Shown: in pieces, positions 56,106 through 61,632 of the stretch
Position numbering within the stretch: position 1 is the stretch's first letter
Layout: every line of letters starts with the position of its first letter
Assembly (NCBI GenBank): GCA_033345155.1
Contig: JAWPOG010000029.1
Coordinates: 1-61,632 of the forward strand
Reading direction: 5' to 3'
Length of the DNA stretch: 61,632 nt
Origin: Alphaproteobacteria bacterium
GTDB taxonomy: Bacteria; Pseudomonadota; Alphaproteobacteria; Rs-D84
Notes under the pieces: generated by a model
Databases searched by the model: none
Told to the model about the DNA's origin: nothing
Seen by the model: only the letters and a program-made list of their open reading frames with translations
Position numbers and translations under genes: made by a program

Positions 56106-56285
56106 TTAGAAAATCCACCCAACAATTGCGTTCAAAATGCTGTCCACCACAAAGAAGAACAACGCCGCAAGCCCAGAAAACACCAGAATCATGATTGTTG
56201 CACGTACACAAGTATCGCGCGATGGCCACACAATCTTGAACCATTCGCTGCGAACCGACTTAAAAAAATCCAGTATTTTCTTCAT
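56106..56285 (-). CDS. secE: Preprotein translocase subunit SecE
   Basis: FFKSVRSEWFKIVWPSRDT plus a single TM. Canonical tRNA-Trp-secE-nusG order. Confidence 0.75.
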   Translation of the reverse strand: MKKILDFFKSVRSEWFKIVWPSRDTCVRATIMILVFSGLAALFFFVVDSILNAIVGWIF

Positions 56286-56365
56286 AAGAATCTGCCTGTA
56301 ATTACATATATTTTTTGCAACCGTACAGCACCCAAAAAAACACAAAACATTTGCGCTTTTGAATT

Positions 56366-56439
56366 TGGCAGGGGCAGAAGGAATCGAACCCTCATCCGCG
56401 GTTTTGGAGACCGATATTCTACCGTTGAACTATGCCCCT
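56366..56439 (-). tRNA. tRNA-Trp (anticodon CCA)
   Basis: The reverse complement AGGGGCATAGTTCAACGGTAGAATATCGGTCTCCAAAACCGCGGATGAGGGTTCGATTCCTTCTGCCCCTGCCA closely parallels E. coli tRNA-Trp. Anticodon loop CU-CCA-AA. Confidence 0.9.
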
Positions 56440-56607
56440 GTGCGCCGCTTGATGCACCACTTGCCACCATACAGCCTGCGACAGAATAGCACACCAGCGC
56501 AAAAAATCAAGTGGAAATATTATAATATTTTTTAACATTCTGTGCAAGGGCTAAATCGTGCGTTTTTTTAACAAAAATATTTTGTTGGCGGAACAAATAG
56601 TTTTTTC

Positions 56608-56637
56608 TTGCATATATTATCATTTTTTTTCTACAAT
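56608..56637 (+). promoter_or_regulatory. Sigma70-like promoter for the virB8-10-like operon (TTGCAT-18 nt-TACAAT)
   Basis: -35 at 56608-56613 and -10 at 56632-56637. The AAGGGAGAG Shine-Dalgarno at 56648-56656 then favours the GTG 56663 start. Confidence 0.45.
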
Positions 56638-56662
56638 CATCGTAATGAAGGGAGAGAAAATC

Positions 56663-57325
56663 GTGCGAAACCGCATAGAACCGCCAACTTTGTTGTCCAG
56701 AATAATGTCGTTTGTTTTGGCTGCGACGATGGTTGTGCTGGTCACATTAATAGTAACTGCGTACAAGATGTTTCCGCTGAATCGCCCCCAAGTGTTCTTT
56801 TTAACAACAACTATTCGCGACGACCAGAACGTTCGTTTAATAGAGATGCAACCAAAAAGCGAAAATTTAGACAGGTACACCAAGGCTTTTGTGCGCGAAT
56901 ATATACGACACAGAAATGAAATATTCCAAAACCCGAACGCAATGCACCAAAAATGGAACAGTGACGATGGTGCAGTTCGCATTATGTCAACAGACCGGGT
57001 TTATGCAGATTTTGCCGATACCGCTATGTTCAATGCGATTATGGCAGAAAACCCCAAATTCAATTGCCTGGTAAACTTTGGAGGTGCGCCTATGTACCTG
57101 GCATCAGAAGATGCATATCAGGTAAAATTTCGTTATTTTTGTTCCAATAGTACTGGACAGACAACACCAAAAGATTATACAATCAAGTTGAAATTGGACA
57201 CAGAAAACAACACTCGGATAAAATGGAGCGACCGGATTGACAACCCGTTGGGGTTACGTGTATCGGAATATCAAATTGTATCTGATAACGGCGACCCGCT
57301 AAACACCGGTTTTCTGAACAGATAA
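56663..57325 (+). CDS. VirB8-like type IV secretion inner-membrane protein
   Basis: N-terminal TM MSFVLAATMVVLVTLIVTAY. Periplasmic region FVREYIRHRNEIF...NPLGLRVSEYQ matches the VirB8 family signature (..Y...RE.Y.....NPLGF.V..Y). Alternative ATG start at 56645. Confidence 0.7.
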   Translation: MRNRIEPPTLLSRIMSFVLAATMVVLVTLIVTAYKMFPLNRPQVFFLTTTIRDDQNVRLIEMQPKSENLDRYTKAFVREYIRHRNEIFQNPNAMHQKWNSDDGAVRIMSTDRVYADFADTAMFNAIMAENPKFNCLVNFGGAPMYLASEDAYQVKFRYFCSNSTGQTTPKDYTIKLKLDTENNTRIKWSDRIDNPLGLRVSEYQIVSDNGDPLNTGFLNR

Positions 57326-57353
57326 AAACATATGAAATATGGGAAGGATTGGT

Positions 57354-58886
57354 ATGACATTTGCAAAGTTTTTGAAATTAAACATATCTGTTTTTTGTCT
57401 GACGGGAATATTGACATTGCCCGCATACGCAGAAGTATATGGCGTTCAAAACGCATGGGATAATCCAACCGCAAATATGGCCGCCGGCAGCATTAAACCG
57501 GGGTATGCCCAGTTGGCTTGGTCATCGGGGGCGGTTTTGCCAATCAAACTGCGTAATGGCATGGTGACGATGATTAACCTGCCAAATGGTGAACAAATTG
57601 CGGATGCGGTTGTGGGAAATGATCAATTGTTCAAATTCCAAGGGACCCAAGGCGACCGCACAATGTTTATTTCACCGGTCGGTTCAAACCAAGGATCTGA
57701 TACAAACATGATTGTGACAGGGCAATCAGGCAACAAGTATGTTTTCTATTTACGCAGCGAACCGTCCAATTCCAGCGAAATTACATATTCTCAGGTTGAT
57801 GTAGTATTGGATGGTGATGGTGTGTTGCCAACTGCGGTATCAGCGGCGCCGGCATCAGGTGGTGCGAAGTCTATTTTTCAGAAAAACACCACGACACAGA
57901 CATCTGTTGTTGGCACAGACGGCGAGGATTACGGCTGGATTAAATCGATGAAGATTGACCCATCTGAATTTAGATTTGATTTGGATATATTTGTTCCAAA
58001 CCCAGACGATTATGTAATTGCACCCGAACGCGTATGGCGCGACCGCATATTTACATACATTGATTTTGGGGACAAAGTTATCGCAATGACCCAGCGACCT
58101 GTGGTATCGCTGTTGGTCGAGGGCGGCGAATCTCCAGTTGGGTTCCGCACAGATGGTGAAGATGGTCGCCTGCTGATTGTCGAGGCTGTGGGCGATATGG
58201 TTTTACGCAGCGGGCAAAGAATCGTATGTATTAAAAAACGCGAAAAACCATTTTTGATTGCGGATACGGCATCTGTTATGGCCCTGGCTGAGGCGAATGT
58301 CGCACAAAGCATGATATCGGGACAATCGCTAAATAATGTTGCATATACAGACAGTCTGAGTGCGATGAACATGGGTATGAGTTATACAGGTTCCCCCGTA
58401 TTTGTCGGTGGTTCCCAAACAACAAGCCCTGTAACAGGTGCTGGATACTATATGCCAGCAGGTGTCGCCATGCCACAGACAACCAATTATCAATCCAGCA
58501 GTGTGGTGAATATGTTGCCCGCCCAACGCAATACAGCTGGTGCATATTTACCCCAGACAAATATTCCTTTGATTTCCAGTAATCAGGTCGGGGTTGCGAT
58601 TGAATTAAAATCGGATACTTCTGTTGATGCTTTGGATAAATATTGGGCGACTTTGCTGGCAAAATTCAGTGGCGAGGATGGACGGGGATTATTGACCCCA
58701 TATCAAGACATGGTGTTCTATACAGTTGATGCACAGGGAGTTGGCGAATTAGGCGCAACATCTTCGGCGGCGCGTCAATATCGTTTGCGGCTTGGGCCAT
58801 TGGCTGATATAGACACAGCGCAATCGCTGTGCGATAAAATACTGAAATTCAGCGGGACCAGTTGCAGTGTAATCAGAATGCAATAG
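57354..58886 (+). CDS. VirB9/CagX/TrbG-like protein fused to a C-terminal SPOR-like domain
   Basis: Signal peptide ...LTLPAYA|EV. VirB9 N-domain VTMINLPNGEQIADAVVGNDQLFKF...NMIVTGQSGNKYVFYLRS. VirB9 C-domain IFTYIDFGDK...LLIVEAVGDMVLRSGQRIVCI. Last about 95 aa VAIELKSDTSVDALDKYWATLLAKF...QYRLRLGPLADIDTAQSLCDKILKFSGTSCSVI is SPOR-like. Confidence 0.75.
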   Translation: MTFAKFLKLNISVFCLTGILTLPAYAEVYGVQNAWDNPTANMAAGSIKPGYAQLAWSSGAVLPIKLRNGMVTMINLPNGEQIADAVVGNDQLFKFQGTQGDRTMFISPVGSNQGSDTNMIVTGQSGNKYVFYLRSEPSNSSEITYSQVDVVLDGDGVLPTAVSAAPASGGAKSIFQKNTTTQTSVVGTDGEDYGWIKSMKIDPSEFRFDLDIFVPNPDDYVIAPERVWRDRIFTYIDFGDKVIAMTQRPVVSLLVEGGESPVGFRTDGEDGRLLIVEAVGDMVLRSGQRIVCIKKREKPFLIADTASVMALAEANVAQSMISGQSLNNVAYTDSLSAMNMGMSYTGSPVFVGGSQTTSPVTGAGYYMPAGVAMPQTTNYQSSSVVNMLPAQRNTAGAYLPQTNIPLISSNQVGVAIELKSDTSVDALDKYWATLLAKFSGEDGRGLLTPYQDMVFYTVDAQGVGELGATSSAARQYRLRLGPLADIDTAQSLCDKILKFSGTSCSVIRMQ

Positions 58887-58904
58887 AAATAATGGGGCTG
58901 GGGG

Positions 58905-61295
58905 ATGAGCAAACTGAAAGATCAATTTTCAGACATGCGGGAAAGCACACCAAAGAATACTCAGTGGTTGCTGATGCTGGTGGCGTTTGTGCTGGTCGTG
59001 ATTTTGTTGACTTTGCTGTTAAGTGGCAGCACCAAAAAGAAGCAAGAAGATATTTCAAAAACAGACCAGGCACCAGCCGAGTTAAAAATATCTCTGGATA
59101 CTGTGAACTGGGCTGATGTGTTGGTGGGCGACAAAAAGACCCAGACAATCAAGGTGTTTGCCACAACACCAGTTAAGATAACCAGTGTCGATTATGATAA
59201 AAGTATTACCAGTTTGTATGTTAGTACTGGGTGTGACAGGATGGGGCAAATTAATGCAAATCTAGCATGCAGAATCGAGCTGAGTTATGAACCAACTGTG
59301 GCGGCTGGGGTTATGACCGTGCCTTTGTTTATTGATTGGCATGTGGCTGATGAAACGGATGCCATGACACAAACCGACAAGATTGTTCTGATTTTGGGGG
59401 CCCAGGCACCAAAAATTGAAAATAAACCAATCGTATTGCCCAAGCCTGAACCGGAACCCGAACCAGAACCCGAACCCGAACCAATAAACAGGGAACAAGA
59501 AATTATGCAAGAGGTTGAGGCACTCGCACCACCGGTGACATTGTATGAATCGGGAATCTTGGAACCCCAGCCGGAACCAAAAACTTTTGATATTCCTGAT
59601 GGATGTTCGAGCTTTACATTTCCTGCATATGGACATTCTGGCCAGCAAATTGGCTGGATTAAGCCAAATGCGGGTATTTATGACTATCATCCGTTTTCCG
59701 ATATAACCTGCTCTAATCCGACGGGGGTATATAACCCTGATACAGGGGTGATAACTGATATGAATGGCAGAAAAATCGGAACCGACGCTGATCATATTGG
59801 CTATTCTGTTATCAGCAGCGGCGAAATGCCCCAACTGAGTAATGCGCCCGTATTCAAAAAGGTTAATCGCGCACAACAATTGGATGATGTTTCGAATATT
59901 ACAAGCGGTTCCGCACGGCGTTATGGTGTTGAAGATGGCGGTTTCAGCAATGTGCTTATCCCCGCCACTGAAAAGAAAGTGCTGCGCGGCACTTCGGGTG
60001 ATAAAGTTGTTGCATCACAGCCATACGATCGTCGTTTTGTGTTGCGTCAATATAAACCAATTCCTGCGACAATTGTGTCCGAGGTGCGCGCAGATGCCAG
60101 TGTATACGAAACTGGTAAGCCTTTGCCAGTGCGCGCAACGGTTGATCGTAATGTATTCTCGGATGACGGCAGAAATATCATCATCCCAACAGGGACATTG
60201 ATGTTAGGGTATGTAACGGGTGATTTGCCAGGGCCATACAAGGCAATTGGACGTATGCAAATAAACTGGTATCAATTTATTCGTCCAGACGGTGTTGAAT
60301 TTAATTTTAAAGAGTCTGCCAAACAACCTTTTGCAGGTGACGCCCAGGGGCGTGTTGGTGTGCCGGGTCGTGGCAGCACGGATTACATGGAACAGTTTAT
60401 TATGCCGATGCTGACAGCGGTTGTACCAGCGGCGGTAAATTTGATTGCGCCGGTGTCGGATGCGTTTGTTAACCAAATTGATTTGGATAACAATACCGTT
60501 GTGCAAAGCGGAACCGTGCGTTCGTCCGAATTGGCGAAAAATGAAATTATTACCGCATGGAACCAGGTGGCACAAAAACTGTTGGTCGATATGATGGACA
60601 ACACGGTTCCTCCGTTTACGATTGCGGCGGGTACACGCATAACCGTTTATTCACCCCAAGATTTGATTGTCGTATGCCCAGATGGCGGCAAAAGTTGCAA
60701 TATGGAAAAATATTATACGGAATCTATTGAAAACCAGGAGCGATTTGATTACACAAGCGCTGCCAAACCTAAAGTTGATAGAACTGGCGACGACTGGATT
60801 GGACAGGCGCGTTCATTCAATTTGGCAAAATATTGTGGCTCATATGAAAACGGGAAACTGAAACTGACAGAAGAAGAGTACAGGGAAATATCAGAATTGG
60901 GATACAGTTACAGTACAGTTTTGGCATATTGCCAATCAAACCAATACCAGGCAATTAATATGGCGAAACAGCAGGTATATTCAGCCAGCCAACAGGAAGC
61001 CTACCAAGAAACATACGGAACAGCTGATTATCGTAACGATGAACAAACCAAGGCATATAATGAACAGGTGTTGGGGCTGACATATAATGAAGATGGTTCT
61101 ATACAAAATCCATTTAACGCACCTGCGTCAGCCCAGTCCGATGTACCGGCCACCACTGTGCTGACATGTGAAGATGGGGTGACACCACCAGATGCGAACG
61201 GATGCTGTCCGGGCGAGATATACACCGATATGGGCGAACAAGGGTTTAATTGTTGCCCCGAGGCTGGTGGTGATTGTTTCCCGCCGATACTATAA
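58905..61295 (+). CDS. Enlarged VirB10/TrbI-like protein with a (PE)n linker and a Cys-rich C-terminal extension
   Basis: TM WLLMLVAFVLVVILLTLLL and PKPEPEPEPEPEPEP. TrbI core IPATIVSEV...IIIPTGTLMLGYV...GRMQINWYQFIRPDGVEF...AGDAQGRVGVPG...FTIAAGTRITVY. Then about 200 extra aa ending LTCEDGVTPPDANGCCPGEIYTDMGEQGFNCCPEAGGDCF. Confidence 0.75.
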   Translation: MSKLKDQFSDMRESTPKNTQWLLMLVAFVLVVILLTLLLSGSTKKKQEDISKTDQAPAELKISLDTVNWADVLVGDKKTQTIKVFATTPVKITSVDYDKSITSLYVSTGCDRMGQINANLACRIELSYEPTVAAGVMTVPLFIDWHVADETDAMTQTDKIVLILGAQAPKIENKPIVLPKPEPEPEPEPEPEPINREQEIMQEVEALAPPVTLYESGILEPQPEPKTFDIPDGCSSFTFPAYGHSGQQIGWIKPNAGIYDYHPFSDITCSNPTGVYNPDTGVITDMNGRKIGTDADHIGYSVISSGEMPQLSNAPVFKKVNRAQQLDDVSNITSGSARRYGVEDGGFSNVLIPATEKKVLRGTSGDKVVASQPYDRRFVLRQYKPIPATIVSEVRADASVYETGKPLPVRATVDRNVFSDDGRNIIIPTGTLMLGYVTGDLPGPYKAIGRMQINWYQFIRPDGVEFNFKESAKQPFAGDAQGRVGVPGRGSTDYMEQFIMPMLTAVVPAAVNLIAPVSDAFVNQIDLDNNTVVQSGTVRSSELAKNEIITAWNQVAQKLLVDMMDNTVPPFTIAAGTRITVYSPQDLIVVCPDGGKSCNMEKYYTESIENQERFDYTSAAKPKVDRTGDDWIGQARSFNLAKYCGSYENGKLKLTEEEYREISELGYSYSTVLAYCQSNQYQAINMAKQQVYSASQQEAYQETYGTADYRNDEQTKAYNEQVLGLTYNEDGSIQNPFNAPASAQSDVPATTVLTCEDGVTPPDANGCCPGEIYTDMGEQGFNCCPEAGGDCFPPIL
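59445..59483. repeat. Hexanucleotide microsatellite (GAACCN)6 encoding (PE)n
   Basis: cctgaaccggaacccgaaccagaacccgaacccgaacca, in frame within the VirB10-like gene. Confidence 0.8.
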
Positions 61296-61321
61296 AAAAT
61301 CCCCCGGGTGGGGGATTTTTT
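61296..61321 (+). terminator. Rho-independent terminator after the VirB10-like gene
   Basis: aaaaaatccccc-gggt-gggggatttttt. Confidence 0.75.
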
Positions 61322-61632
61322 AGTGGTTAGTGTAAGTGCAAGTGGCTAGTGGCGGAATCCCACTGCGCCAAGGCTTCGTGGGACAAGTGCATTAATTGTT
61401 CATTGCTCTTTGCGCGCACAAATAACAAAGATTTTCATTACCTGGGTCCCGCGGTCTAGCCGCGGGATGACAATTTTTAGTGTTTAGTGTAAGTGGTTAG
61501 TGGTTAGTGAGTGTTTTAATTGCTCTTTGCGCTGTGCGCGCATAACCTGCCCCCCGTGTGGGGCGGGACAGTTTTACTTGACCCGCCATGCGGGTCTTTA
61601 GTAAAACTTGGGTGGGGGCAAATATGACAAAA
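61321..61632. repeat. Repeat-rich intergenic region: duplicated composite unit plus REP-like hairpins
   Basis: TAGTGGTTAGTGTAAGTG-type blocks at 61321-61352 and 61478-61514. ATTGCTCTTTGCGC blocks near 61405 and 61519. Hairpins tcccac/gtggga (61358-61383), tcccgcgg-tctag-ccgcggga-TGAC (61447-61471), and gacccgc-catgc-gggtc near 61590. Confidence 0.65.

Noticed and set aside
54255-56194. Long plus-strand ORFs (314 aa at 54255..55199 and 249 aa at 55445..56194)
   Set aside because: They are antisense to rplA/rplK and nusG/secE, whose identities are unambiguous.

Overview
No tools were run; every call below comes from reading the ORF translations and the DNA by eye.

The window looks like a moderately AT-rich alphaproteobacterial chromosome segment, probably from a reduced or host-associated lineage. 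Supporting markers:
- a CcrM-type methyltransferase
- fabH-ihfA
- lptE-holA
- a DUF4164-like gene followed by zapA
- a bactofilin-M23 pair

**Housekeeping backbone**
- tRNA-Trp-secE-nusG-rplKAJL-rpoBC
- rpmF-plsX, rpsF-rpsR-rplI, parC, lysS, nrdR, ccrM, mraZ
- lpxA-lpxB, fabH-ihfA, birA, map, radC, holA, lptE, rpiB
- Classical operons are fragmented. mraZ has no rsmH or fts genes after it, and rpmF-plsX lies far from fabH.

**Lineage-specific envelope and secreted genes, most interesting first**
1. A virB8/virB9/virB10-like operon (56.6-61.3 kb) stands alone. The VirB9-like protein has a SPOR-like C-terminal domain. The VirB10-like protein is enlarged and has a Cys-rich tail. No ATPase, VirB6 or pilin gene lies in the operon or in the short stretch of window after it.
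2. A three-gene operon (13.85-17.07 kb) encodes a Cys-rich membrane-anchored protein, a MotA/TolQ/ExbB-like channel, and a MotB/OmpA-like protein with a long coiled coil. No flagellar, Tol-Pal or TonB genes are nearby.
3. A 747-aa secreted Cys-rich protein.
4. A divergent RelA/SpoT-fold protein.
5. A lysis-cassette-like prophage remnant.
6. A possibly frameshift-split class II BirA.

**Non-coding features**
- a promoter-to-terminator candidate sRNA with CU-rich (anti-Shine-Dalgarno-like) loops
- a dispersed family of REP-like hairpins (TGGA-stem-loop-stem-TGAC), inserted even between rpsR-rplI and rpoB-rpoC
- a 42-bp tandem repeat encoding a Lys/Ala-rich histone-like protein
- a family of near-identical C5/G5 bidirectional terminators

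I recognised no rRNA, CRISPR array or transposase ORF.
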